This document shows positions 10,133-18,740 of a DNA stretch of 32,000 bases, one piece after another. The notes beneath the pieces were generated by a model. The model was not told where the DNA came from, made no database searches, and saw nothing but the letters and a program-made list of their open reading frames with translations. Position numbers and translations under genes: made by a program. The stretch is from an uncultured Mycoplasmatota bacterium (GTDB taxonomy: Bacteria; Bacillota_I; Bacilli_A; RF39; UBA660): the NCBI GenBank assembly GCA_900546055.1, contig URBG01000003.1, forward strand, positions 27,146 to 59,145. Reading direction: 5' to 3'. Each line of letters opens with the position of its first letter. The first letter of the stretch is position 1.

Positions 10133-10618
10133 ATGAAAAAATGTAAAAGCTGTCAAAGTGAGATAGACAGTAAAGCTAAGAAATGTCCAAACTGTGGAAA
10201 GAAGCAAGGAATGCCTATTTGGTTAATTGTTATTATTGTAATATTGATTTTAGGCGTTGTTGGTGCGATAGTTGGTGGAGGGGAATCTGAATCTAAGGAT
10301 AAAAAAGAAGAACCAAAAACTGGAACAACAACTGAGAAAAAAGAAAAATTAACTTTAGAAGATGGTCATTCTGGAAGTTTGGATGAGTATGGAGCTTTCT
10401 ATTATATTGAGGGATATGTAAAAAATGATTCTGACAAAGAATATAATTATGTACAAATTGAATTTACTTCATATGATAGTGAAGGCAATACTTTAGGCAC
10501 TTGTGTTGATAATGCAAGTGGTCTTGAAGCAAATGGTCGTTGGAAGTTTAAAGCATCTTGCTTAGATGATACGAAGAATATTGCTAGTTACAAATTAAAA
10601 GAAATTACAGGTTATTAG
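10133..10618 (+). CDS. Zinc-ribbon / single-TM / FxLYD-like domain protein
   Basis: CKSCQ...CPNCG zinc ribbon, a TM helix, and a C-terminal YYIEGYVKNDSDKEYNYVQIEFTSYD domain resembling FxLYD domains. AGGAGG RBS. Confidence 0.6.
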   Translation: MKKCKSCQSEIDSKAKKCPNCGKKQGMPIWLIVIIVILILGVVGAIVGGGESESKDKKEEPKTGTTTEKKEKLTLEDGHSGSLDEYGAFYYIEGYVKNDSDKEYNYVQIEFTSYDSEGNTLGTCVDNASGLEANGRWKFKASCLDDTKNIASYKLKEITGY

Positions 10619-10643
10619 GCTTTATTAATAAAGCCTTTTTTTT
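10617..10643 (+). terminator. Rho-independent terminator
   Basis: AGGCTTTA-TTAA-TAAAGCCT hairpin followed by a T-run. Confidence 0.6.
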
Positions 10644-10696
10644 GCACATTTCAAAATAAATATAATATTAAATGTTGATTATTGGGCGCTAAATTA

Positions 10697-10726
10697 TTGA
10701 CAATAGGGGGGGGGGGGGGGTATACT
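10697..10726 (+). promoter_or_regulatory. Sigma-A-type promoter with a homopolymeric spacer
   Basis: Consensus -35 TTGACA (10697-10702) and near-consensus -10 TATACT (10721-10726). The 18-nt spacer is ATA plus G15. Lies 24 nt upstream of ATG 10750. Confidence 0.5.
10706..10720 (+). repeat. Homopolymeric G15 tract
   Basis: Counted directly: five G at 10706-10710 plus ten G at 10711-20. Confidence 0.95.
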
Positions 10727-10749
10727 AAGCATAAGTAGAGGTGAGGAAT

Positions 10750-12474
10750 ATGACTGAAGCTGAGGTTATAGCTTATGCTAATCTTATTTCCCAAGCTAAA
10801 TCGGAAGAGGAAATTTTAAATATTTTATCTGATAGTGGGGTTATTGATATACAGTCAAAATTAAATAGCATTATAGAATATTTAAAAAACGAACAGCGGT
10901 TAATGGGAGATCTTTTGAATGAACAATATGCATCTGATGATATTACGAGTTTTGAAGAATATAAAAATATTCAAAGCGTAATTAGCCTTTGTACTAGTGT
11001 TGTCCAAGGTTTTACTGAAAAATCTACTTCTAATGATTTGGAAGGAGGACGCGCCATTGTTTTATCTCCTATTTGTTATCGCGATTTAAAATCTATTCCA
11101 AGGGAAGTTTATAGTGAGTATAGGAAATTGTTTATTGATATAATGAAGGGCTGTTATGATAATGACCCTGAAAGATGTAGAAAACTTTCTAATCATAATT
11201 ATAAAGGAATACTGGAGTATAGAAGTTTGACGGGAACAAGACAAGCGAGAATTATGACATTACCAACTTATAATGATGGTTTATATGTTGTTGCAATAAT
11301 GCAGAAAAAAGATTCTTGGTCTAAAGGAATAAATCAATTGTTATCTAAACGATATGCAGCATCTTTTGATGAAGCACAAAGAATAAGAGAATTGCTAGAA
11401 GATCCAAATAGTTCTTATGAGATAATCCAAAAAGGTGAAGATGATTTTAAACAGATGATGGATATTTTATCACCAAGTAGGAAAGATAGGGTTGTACAGG
11501 ATAAAAGTTCTATAGGTGGTAAGCGGGAAGTTTTAGATTTTCCTAAGCCAGATAATGTGGAAATATTGGATTTATCCATCGAAAAACAAAATACTTCTAA
11601 AATCGAAGAAAAATCTTTTAGTGGGTCAGCCTCAGCTGAAGATTCTTTAAATGGTGATGCGAGGTTGACTGAAGCGATTGCTTCAAGTGAAGGTTCAGGG
11701 ACTGATGATGACCGAATAAGTTTTGAAACTGGAGCTAATAACAAGCATCTACCTTCTTTATATTTTGATTTAAGTGATGATGACAAATCTAAGTTAGGCT
11801 CTGATTTTGTTAGTAGGTATTTATCGGTAATGGCATATTATAAGAAAAACGGGACTGTGAATGTTCCTTATGATAGAATGTATTATTTTCCACTTAACAA
11901 TGGGGTAAAAGGCTCTTACCCAATTGGCAAGGATTTGCATGATATAAGAAGAAAATATTTTTCAGGAAAAATTTCTAGCTTGGAAAAGAAACTATGGGAA
12001 GACTTATTGTTTGATCCTAATTATCAGGATAACGGAAATTTAACAAGCGAAGAAGTTCATGAGCAAATATTACAAGAAGTTAGCGCAAATAAACAATCGG
12101 GAACGCCATCTTTAACTCCGCAAGTAGCAATTTCTTTTGTGGAGCCTGAAGAAAAATGTATCGAACCAGATATTAAGGAATCTTTATCAGTGGAGTTTCA
12201 GGATGATGATAGAAGTTCTAATGATGATGAATATCAACGATTATTGACTATGGTTCAAGAAGAAGTGGTAGGGTTAACTATGGAAGATTTATTGAAAGTT
12301 CAAAATTATATTTATCTTCAGAAAACAAGCCGAGATATTGAAAAACCGATAGGAAACTTTTTGGAGACTTTTAGTAAGTTAGATTTTGAAAAACAAAATG
12401 AATTTGTATTAATGCTTGAAAATGATAGCCCCGAGGCTATTGCTAATGGGAAAAAAGTAGGAAGAGGAAGATAG
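10750..12474 (+). CDS. Hypothetical multi-domain cytoplasmic protein (possible RelE/HigB-like module plus helicase-associated-like domain, acidic linkers)
   Basis: Long ORF with a GAGGTGAGG RBS and no signal peptide or TM. See findings for the tentative domain reads. Confidence 0.7.
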   Translation: MTEAEVIAYANLISQAKSEEEILNILSDSGVIDIQSKLNSIIEYLKNEQRLMGDLLNEQYASDDITSFEEYKNIQSVISLCTSVVQGFTEKSTSNDLEGGRAIVLSPICYRDLKSIPREVYSEYRKLFIDIMKGCYDNDPERCRKLSNHNYKGILEYRSLTGTRQARIMTLPTYNDGLYVVAIMQKKDSWSKGINQLLSKRYAASFDEAQRIRELLEDPNSSYEIIQKGEDDFKQMMDILSPSRKDRVVQDKSSIGGKREVLDFPKPDNVEILDLSIEKQNTSKIEEKSFSGSASAEDSLNGDARLTEAIASSEGSGTDDDRISFETGANNKHLPSLYFDLSDDDKSKLGSDFVSRYLSVMAYYKKNGTVNVPYDRMYYFPLNNGVKGSYPIGKDLHDIRRKYFSGKISSLEKKLWEDLLFDPNYQDNGNLTSEEVHEQILQEVSANKQSGTPSLTPQVAISFVEPEEKCIEPDIKESLSVEFQDDDRSSNDDEYQRLLTMVQEEVVGLTMEDLLKVQNYIYLQKTSRDIEKPIGNFLETFSKLDFEKQNEFVLMLENDSPEAIANGKKVGRGR

Positions 12475-12670
12475 TCCTCTTTTTTAGTTAAATTAAAAGA
12501 ATTTTTGGTTATTATTTTGAGTATACTTAAATAATGCTTTTAATAAACTAATAAATTTGATTAGTATGATGATTTTTATTATGTTATTTTGGTGTTATCC
12601 TTTACTTTTATTTACAATTTGCCTTGGAAGTGATATAATTATTCCTAGCGCCAGAGAGAGAGGTTTTTTT

Positions 12671-14482
12671 ATGAACAAAAGAAATATAGCAATTATTGCT
12701 CACGTAGATCACGGGAAAACAACCCTTGTGGATAAATTATTACAAATGTCGGGAACATTTAGAGAAAATGAAGAGGTTGTTAACTGTGTTATGGATTCTA
12801 ACGCGATTGAAAGAGAACGTGGAATTACTATTTTAGCTAAAACAACGGCTATTGATTATAAGGGATATCGTATTAATATTTTAGATACTCCAGGCCATGC
12901 CGATTTTGGTGGGGAAGTTGAGCGTATTATGAATATGGTTGACGGGGTATTATTAGTAGTTGATTCATATGAGGGAACAATGCCACAAACACGCTTTGTC
13001 CTTAAGAAGGCATTAGAAGCTGGGGTAACACCTATCGTTGTTGTTAATAAGGTTGATAAGGATTCAGCGCGTCCTAAAGAAGTAGTGGATGAAGTTTTAG
13101 ATTTATTTATTGAGCTTGGTGCGAGTATTGAACAACTTGATTTTCCAGTTATTTATGCTTCAGGTTTATCAGGAACGTCTTCTTTAGATCCAGATGTAAG
13201 TACACAAAAACCAACAATGGATCCAATTTTAGATGCGGTTATTGAACATATTCCAGAGCCAGATGTTGATCCGGAGGGATCATTACAATTTCAACCAGCA
13301 TTATTAGATTATAATGACTTTGTTGGGCGTATCGGTGTAGGTTTAATTAAACGCGGAACTTTAAAACTTAATAGCATGGCTTCTTGTGTGAGACTTGATG
13401 GAAGTATTAAACAATTTAGAGTTCAGAAAATATTTGGTTATTTAGGGTTACAAAAGCTAGAAATTTCAGAAGCGCATGCTGGAGATATTGTAGCTATTGC
13501 AGGTCTTCCAGATATTTCTGTTGGTGAGACAGTTTGTGAAGTTGGAAAGGAAGAAGCTTTACCTCATTTACGTATTGATGAGCCAACTTTACAGATGACT
13601 TTTGGGGTTAATACCAGCCCATTTAATGGTCGTGAAGGGAAGTTTTTAACTGCTCGCAAGATAGAAGAAAGATTAATGAAGGAAACTGAAAAAGATGTTT
13701 CTTTAAAATTTGAACAAGTTGATTCAGAATCATGGATGGTTTCTGGTCGTGGAGAATTACATTTATCTATTTTAATTGAAAATATGCGCCGTGAAGGGTA
13801 TGAATTACAAGTTTCTAAACCACAAATTATTACAAAAGAGATTGATGGAAAACTTTGTGAACCATTTGAAGATGTTCAAATTGATGTTCCTGAAGAATAT
13901 GTAGGAAATGTTATTGAATTATTAGGCGCTCGCGGTGGTACGATGGAAAATATGGAAAATCGTGAAAGACAAGTTCGCTTAAACTATACAATTCCATCTC
14001 GTGGTCTTATTGGATTTATGACAGAGTTTATGACATTGACTAAAGGATATGGAATGATTAATCATACGTTTAAAGAATATTTACCAATGGTATCAACTGC
14101 TGTTGGTCAAAGAAAAAACGGTGTTCTTGTATCAATGGAAAATGGGAAAGCAACTGCTTATTCTTTAGGCGCTTTAGAAGATCGCGGAATTATGTTTATT
14201 GGTCCAGGTACTGAAGTTTATGAAGGTATGATTGTTGGTGAAAATAATCACGATAATGATTTAGCAGTTAATGTTGTTAAGGGTAAGAATTTAACTAATA
14301 CACGTTCAGCTGGTAAGGATAACACGGTGGTTTTAAAACGTCCTCGTGAAATGAGCTTGGAAGTTTGCTTAGATTATATTAATGAAGACGAATTAGTTGA
14401 AGTTACACCGTTTAACTATCGTTTACGTAAGAAAATATTAAATGCTAACGACCGTAAAAAATACGACAATAAGAAAAATTAG
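12671..14482 (+). CDS. typA: Translational GTPase TypA/BipA
   Basis: MNKRNIAIIAHVDHGKTTLVDKLL..., DTPGHADFGGEVER, NKVD. About 600 aa with the BipA-specific C-terminus. The track's upstream extension from 12557 is not credible. Confidence 0.95.
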   Translation: MNKRNIAIIAHVDHGKTTLVDKLLQMSGTFRENEEVVNCVMDSNAIERERGITILAKTTAIDYKGYRINILDTPGHADFGGEVERIMNMVDGVLLVVDSYEGTMPQTRFVLKKALEAGVTPIVVVNKVDKDSARPKEVVDEVLDLFIELGASIEQLDFPVIYASGLSGTSSLDPDVSTQKPTMDPILDAVIEHIPEPDVDPEGSLQFQPALLDYNDFVGRIGVGLIKRGTLKLNSMASCVRLDGSIKQFRVQKIFGYLGLQKLEISEAHAGDIVAIAGLPDISVGETVCEVGKEEALPHLRIDEPTLQMTFGVNTSPFNGREGKFLTARKIEERLMKETEKDVSLKFEQVDSESWMVSGRGELHLSILIENMRREGYELQVSKPQIITKEIDGKLCEPFEDVQIDVPEEYVGNVIELLGARGGTMENMENRERQVRLNYTIPSRGLIGFMTEFMTLTKGYGMINHTFKEYLPMVSTAVGQRKNGVLVSMENGKATAYSLGALEDRGIMFIGPGTEVYEGMIVGENNHDNDLAVNVVKGKNLTNTRSAGKDNTVVLKRPREMSLEVCLDYINEDELVEVTPFNYRLRKKILNANDRKKYDNKKN

Positions 14483-14516
14483 TGATTTTTCAATTTTCTT
14501 ACCATTGTTTATTATT

Positions 14517-14542
14517 AAGCTACTATTTGTGTAGCTTTTTTT
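14517..14542 (+). terminator. Rho-independent terminator of typA
   Basis: AAGCTAC-TATTTGT-GTAGCTT hairpin plus a T-run. Confidence 0.6.
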
Positions 14543-14728
14543 AAAGATTATTAGTTTTAAAAGTTAAAAAGTGTAAATATTTTAGGAACTTTTCTTATCT
14601 ATTTGCATATTATTTAAATATATGTTATATTATATCTGGTTTAAAAATTATTATGTCCCTTCCTTTTATTAAATAAGAAGTCAGGTCAATAGTTCTAAAT
14701 CAAATATTTTAAAAGGAGGGAAAGTTCA

Positions 14729-14917
14729 ATGGAAAAGCAAGATAAGACAATTATTTGTAAAGATTGTGGTCAAGAATTTATTTTCACTGTTGGTGAACAA
14801 GAATTCTACGAAGAAAAAGGTTTCGCTAACGAACCTGTTAGATGTAAAGAATGTCGTGATAAAAGAAAAGCTGACAAAGCATCTTTTAACAACAGATATG
14901 AAGACAGAAATAACTAA
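14729..14917 (+). CDS. Small zinc-ribbon protein (CxxC...CxxC)
   Basis: 62 aa with CKDCGQEFIF...GFANEPVRCKECR, and a strong AAAGGAGGG RBS. Confidence 0.7.
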   Translation: MEKQDKTIICKDCGQEFIFTVGEQEFYEEKGFANEPVRCKECRDKRKADKASFNNRYEDRNN

Positions 14918-14931
14918 TTAGTTAACTAATA

Positions 14932-14959
14932 AAAACTCCTAACTTAGATTAGGAGTTTT
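14932..14959. terminator. Bidirectional terminator hairpin
   Basis: AAAACTCCTAA-CTTAGA-TTAGGAGTTTT between convergent genes. It overlaps the stop of the minus-strand lipoprotein gene. Confidence 0.6.
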
Positions 14960-15638
14960 CTTTTGTTTTATAAGTTGTTTCAAATTTTACTTCTCCTTTA
15001 TTGTCAAAGGAAGGGATAATAGAAATTTCGTAGTTATAAGCGTTTTCAAATGATATTTTTATATCAGGGCTACTATAGTTAATACTTTTTCTGATAACAA
15101 TAGTTCCTTCTTCCATTTTTTCTTTATGGTATAGCAAATCAACATCTTGATATTTATCATTATCATTTAATTCAATAGCGTTGATTTTAAAGTTTTTAAT
15201 TTCTTTGTTTAGTTTAATAATAATAAAATTAGAAGTTTTATCGAGAAGAATATTAGTGTTATCATCATTTAGTTCTTGGTTTTTTTCGTATGAAATATCA
15301 TAAAAATCAGTATCGTTGTATTTAGCTTCTAATTTTTTTAGATATGGTCCAATTTTATTGTTTTTTGCGTATTTATCTTCATAGCCTAAATAATCATCAG
15401 ATACACTGTAGTAATAAGCGTTTTTTGTAGTTTTAATAGTTAATTTATTATCTAAATTATCAATTTTATTATTAGAAGTAAACGTAGTATCTAATAGTTT
15501 AGTAATTTTGTTATAGTCTTCTTTTAAAATGGTTGTGTCATTATATTTTATTTCAGTTATTTTTCCTTCTATTTCCACTTTGTTGGTACAACCAGTTAAG
15601 ATAAATACAATAGCAAGCGCGAGTAAAAGTTTTTTCAT
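14949..15638 (-). CDS. Lipoprotein of unknown function
   Basis: Signal peptide with lipobox LTGC (MKKLLLALAIVFILTGC). AGGTGA RBS lies before ATG 15638. Confidence 0.7.
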   Translation of the reverse strand: MKKLLLALAIVFILTGCTNKVEIEGKITEIKYNDTTILKEDYNKITKLLDTTFTSNNKIDNLDNKLTIKTTKNAYYYSVSDDYLGYEDKYAKNNKIGPYLKKLEAKYNDTDFYDISYEKNQELNDDNTNILLDKTSNFIIIKLNKEIKNFKINAIELNDNDKYQDVDLLYHKEKMEEGTIVIRKSINYSSPDIKISFENAYNYEISIIPSFDNKGEVKFETTYKTKENS

Positions 15639-15697
15639 AGTAATCACCTGTTTTTATTATGATTATTTGCACGAAAAAAATACTTGTAAAAGTATTT

Positions 15698-16261
15698 TTA
15701 TTTTTGCGTTTTATTTTTTAAATAATAGTTACGTAGTTCTTTAAATCTTTGATAATGAACTATTTCTCTTTCACGTAGGAAAGATAATGGCGCTAATAAA
15801 TCTGGGTCATCAGTTAAGTCCATTAAATGTTCATAGGTTGCACGTGCACGTTGTTCTGCACCCATATCACTTTCTAAGTCGGCAATATAGTCACCAGCAA
15901 CTTTAATATAAGTCATGTTAAATGGATTCCCGAATGAGTCTGATGGGAATAAATCTCTACCGAATTGTGCGTATTGTTCGCCTAGTCCGGCAGCTTTTAA
16001 TTCTTCAGTAGTAGCACCTTGCATTAATTGATATAGCATAGCTGAAATAATCTCAACATGGGCAAGTTCTTCAGTACCGATATCTGTTAGTAATGCTTTT
16101 CCACGGTCATCTGGCATGATGTATCTTTGGTCAAGATATTGCCATGCTGCAGCCAATTCTCCGGCTGGACCACCATATTGTGTTAAAATATATTTAGCCA
16201 TTTTTAAGTCTTTTTTCTTAATGTTAACTGGATATTGTAACTTTTTTTCGTATTTCCACAT
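15698..16261 (-). CDS. cotJC: Spore coat protein CotJC (manganese-catalase family)
   Basis: MWKYEKKLQYPVNIKKKDLKMAKYILTQYGGPAGELAA...EELAHVEII... closely resembles Bacillus CotJC. Confidence 0.9.
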   Translation of the reverse strand: MWKYEKKLQYPVNIKKKDLKMAKYILTQYGGPAGELAAAWQYLDQRYIMPDDRGKALLTDIGTEELAHVEIISAMLYQLMQGATTEELKAAGLGEQYAQFGRDLFPSDSFGNPFNMTYIKVAGDYIADLESDMGAEQRARATYEHLMDLTDDPDLLAPLSFLREREIVHYQRFKELRNYYLKNKTQK

Positions 16262-16275
16262 GATTATTTTCCTCC

Positions 16276-16923
16276 TTATTTATTTTCCCAAGGCCATGGT
16301 GAGTTGTTCCAAGCCCATGGATATGTTGTACTTGCGTCCACAAATAATGGACCATATTTCTTTTCATATTCTGCCATAATTTTATTTGTTTGATCGGTGT
16401 ATTCTTTGAATAATTCGATCATGTCTCTATCTTCTGGATTATTATCTAGATATAGATTTAAATCGTGGGCAGCAAAGCTATAAGCATCAATATAAGTTAA
16501 CATTTCTGCTTGTTCATTCATTGGTTCGATATCGAATGGTTTAGCTATTTTGTAAGTGTTATATAAATCTGGGAACATATTACCACGAATAAATCCACCA
16601 TAAACATCATATACATTATTTGGATCTATTTGTTGGTTATAATTACATTTGTTGAAGTTCATATTATCTCCAGCTTGAGTTGCTAATTTTTTCATTAATT
16701 TTGGATCTTTTTTGAAATTGTCTTGTTTTTTCTTCGGCATAGGCATTTGCCCTTGTGGCATCTGATTAGGCATCATTTGACTTTGTTGCATTTGTGCGTT
16801 TGGCATTTGATTAGTCATCATTTGGTCATTTTGAAATTGATTTTGATTAGGCATACTTTGCATTTGATTTAAGTAGGCAAAATCGCTTGGCATAAAATAA
16901 TTCATATTTGAATAGTTATTCAT
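16276..16923 (-). CDS. CotJA-CotJB fusion protein with a Q/M/N/P-rich N-terminus
   Basis: The middle segment GGFIRGNMFPDLYNTYK resembles the CotJA motif GTLWKDLYDFYE. The C-terminus DLNLYLDNNPEDRD...YEKKYGPL...SPWPWE resembles CotJB. Confidence 0.7.
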   Translation of the reverse strand: MNNYSNMNYFMPSDFAYLNQMQSMPNQNQFQNDQMMTNQMPNAQMQQSQMMPNQMPQGQMPMPKKKQDNFKKDPKLMKKLATQAGDNMNFNKCNYNQQIDPNNVYDVYGGFIRGNMFPDLYNTYKIAKPFDIEPMNEQAEMLTYIDAYSFAAHDLNLYLDNNPEDRDMIELFKEYTDQTNKIMAEYEKKYGPLFVDASTTYPWAWNNSPWPWENK

Positions 16924-17065
16924 CTAATTACCCTCCTCAATTTTAGGTTATGAAATTTGGGATAATGTGAATGGGTTATTAACTAAATTTTACATTTATA
17001 TAGGAAATTATAATAAAAAGCCTTGTAAAAATGTTAAATAACTGATAAAATATTATCTGTTACAT

Positions 17066-17142
17066 GGCGTTGTTGGTGAAGTGGTTAACACAATGGATTG
17101 TGGTTCCATCATGCGTGGGTTCGATTCCCACACAGCGCCCCA
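17066..17142 (+). tRNA. tRNA-His (GTG)
   Basis: Hand-folded cloverleaf. It has the His-specific extra 5' G(-1), acceptor GCGTTGT/ACAGCGC, anticodon stem ATGGA/TCCAT with loop TTGTGGT, T-arm GTGGG-TTCGATT-CCCAC, and an encoded CCA. Confidence 0.9.
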
Positions 17143-17218
17143 TATTGATAAATAAAGCGAATTTTTCATAAGTTCGTTTTTTTGTTAGAAATAGTGTATA
17201 ATTGATTTAGGTGATATT

Positions 17219-17383
17219 ATGAAACTTCAAAGTAAAAAAATAATTTATGTAACAATGTGCATTGTTGGCGGTATTTTAACTGGATTTTTTGCTAATAAAT
17301 TAGATTCTTTGCTGGGAATATTATTATTTACTTTAGGTGTTTTTATGTTAGTTATATCTAGTGTAAAAATTACTAAGATATAA
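17219..17383 (+). CDS. Small (54 aa) two-TM membrane protein, hypothetical
   Basis: ATG 17219 to TAA 17381-17383, encoding MKLQSKKIIYVTMCIVGGILTGFFANKLDSLLGILLFTLGVFMLVISSVKITKI. Not in the ORF track (too short) and has no recognisable homology. Confidence 0.3.
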   Translation: MKLQSKKIIYVTMCIVGGILTGFFANKLDSLLGILLFTLGVFMLVISSVKITKI

Positions 17384-17405
17384 ACTAGATAAGGATGATA
17401 AGTTA

Positions 17406-17967
17406 ATGACGGACTACAAAAATATCATAGAATTTTATAAAAATTATATTAAACTTGAAGATATAATAAGAACAGGTTGGTTGATGAGAAGTGTTCCAGC
17501 GCAAAGATTAGAATCAGTAGCGGATCATACATTGTAGTTGATAATGTTAGGCAGTATTTTATCTAAAGAATTAAACTTAGATATTGACGAACAACGACTT
17601 ATGGAAATGTTATTTATTCATGATGTTGGCGAGGCAGTTATTGGTGATATAGCTGATGTTGATGCTGATTATAAAGAAAAGAAAGTTGCTGAAAAAGAAG
17701 CAGTGAAAAAAATTACTTTCGGTATTGAGTGAAGAAACTGCAAACTATTATTACGGGTTGTGGCTTGAAATGGAATGCAACGAAACTCCATTATCTAAAT
17801 TCGCATATCAATTAGATAAGATAGATGCAGTTATTAAGGCTTGGGTTTATGAGAATGAATATAAGGTTGAAGGGTTATTTGATGAATTTTACAATCGTCA
17901 AAAAGAAAAGGGGACTTTTGACAATGGAGTTTTAGAAAAGTTATTTTTAGAGCTTTACGATATGTAG
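17406..17967 (+). pseudogene. HD-domain phosphohydrolase (YfbR-like), disrupted
   Basis: One reading frame encodes ...RTGWLMRSVPAQRLESVADHTL*LIMLGS...FIHDVGEAVIGD.... It has an in-frame TAG at 17535-17537 and a frame change inside the A7 run at 17706-17712. After that run the frame continues as ...KKLLSVLSEETANYYYGLWLEME...DKIDAVIKA. Confidence 0.65.
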
Positions 17968-18081
17968 TTATTTAATTATTATTAATTATGGATTTTTCTT
18001 GTATTATTGTTGAAATAATGTTAAAATAAGTAGCAAATTTATGGGATTTTATGGAAATAATAAACAAGAGTGGATGATAGT

Positions 18082-18666
18082 ATGCTACAAGTGAGTAGAG
18101 ATAGTAATTTAAAAATACCAAAGAAAATCGAAATAGTAGTTAAAAATGTCAATAGTGTTGAAGACCAAGTGTCTGTTAAAAAGGCTATTTTAAAGGCTAA
18201 TAATAAAAGGATTAATAGTACAAAAATAAAAAGTAAGGCTGAAGAAGTTGACAATGATTTAAAAGTAATTTCTAAAATACCAGCGAGTGCGAATGATATG
18301 ATGGTAGTAACAGTGGTTAAAAAATTAGGCGCTTATGTTATTACGGTTACCGAAAAATCGCCTGCCAAATATAGAGGGGTATTTGTGAATCGAATGCAAA
18401 ATTATTGTTTAGATACTTTGGAATTATTACTGCAAGCAAATTTTGTTAGAATAGACAGTTTAGAGAGTAAACAAAAAAGAGAAGAGTATCAAAAAGAAGC
18501 AATTATTAAATTAAAAATGCTCGGCTATATTTCTATGGTGGCTGAAAGTTTTAATTGTATTTTGATGCGCCAATATAAACAAATTTCTTCACAAATCGCT
18601 GAAGCTATAAATTTAATTACGGCTTGGAAGAAAAGTGATGATGAAAGATGGCGAAAACGAAAATAG
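18082..18666 (+). CDS. avd: DGR accessory variability determinant (Avd)-like protein; start uncertain
   Basis: Positioned immediately 5' of the TR. The C-terminal ~120 aa are helical and basic, ending ...AEAINLITAWKKSDDERWRKRK, like Avd four-helix-bundle proteins. The Lys-rich N-terminal ~75 aa may or may not be translated; alternative starts are 18298 and 18301. Confidence 0.55.
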   Translation: MLQVSRDSNLKIPKKIEIVVKNVNSVEDQVSVKKAILKANNKRINSTKIKSKAEEVDNDLKVISKIPASANDMMVVTVVKKLGAYVITVTEKSPAKYRGVFVNRMQNYCLDTLELLLQANFVRIDSLESKQKREEYQKEAIIKLKMLGYISMVAESFNCILMRQYKQISSQIAEAINLITAWKKSDDERWRKRK

Positions 18667-18740
18667 GATTTTAAGTTGAAAAACTTTTAATTAAGGGGAG
18701 AATTAATTTTAGGGCTTTGCGTAGAGCGCTTTTAGTTTTT

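Noticed and set aside
12557-12670. The N-terminal extension of typA suggested by the ORF track (MISMMIFIMLFWCY...)
   Set aside because: The extension is hydrophobic junk translated from an AT-rich leader. The conserved BipA N-terminus starts at ATG 12671 (MNKRNIAIIAHVDHGKTT).
16690-16900. Repetitive-looking DNA (recurring CATTTG/TTGATT units) as a tandem repeat or CRISPR-like array
   Set aside because: It is the antisense of imperfect Q/M/N/P-rich coding sequence inside the cotJA-B ORF, with no regular repeat-spacer periodicity. No CRISPR array was seen anywhere in the window.
17535-17537. The in-frame TAG in the HD-domain gene as programmed recoding (e.g. pyrrolysine or read-through)
   Set aside because: The same gene also carries a homopolymer frameshift. 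No pyl genes or recoding signals are visible. Pseudogenisation is the simpler explanation.
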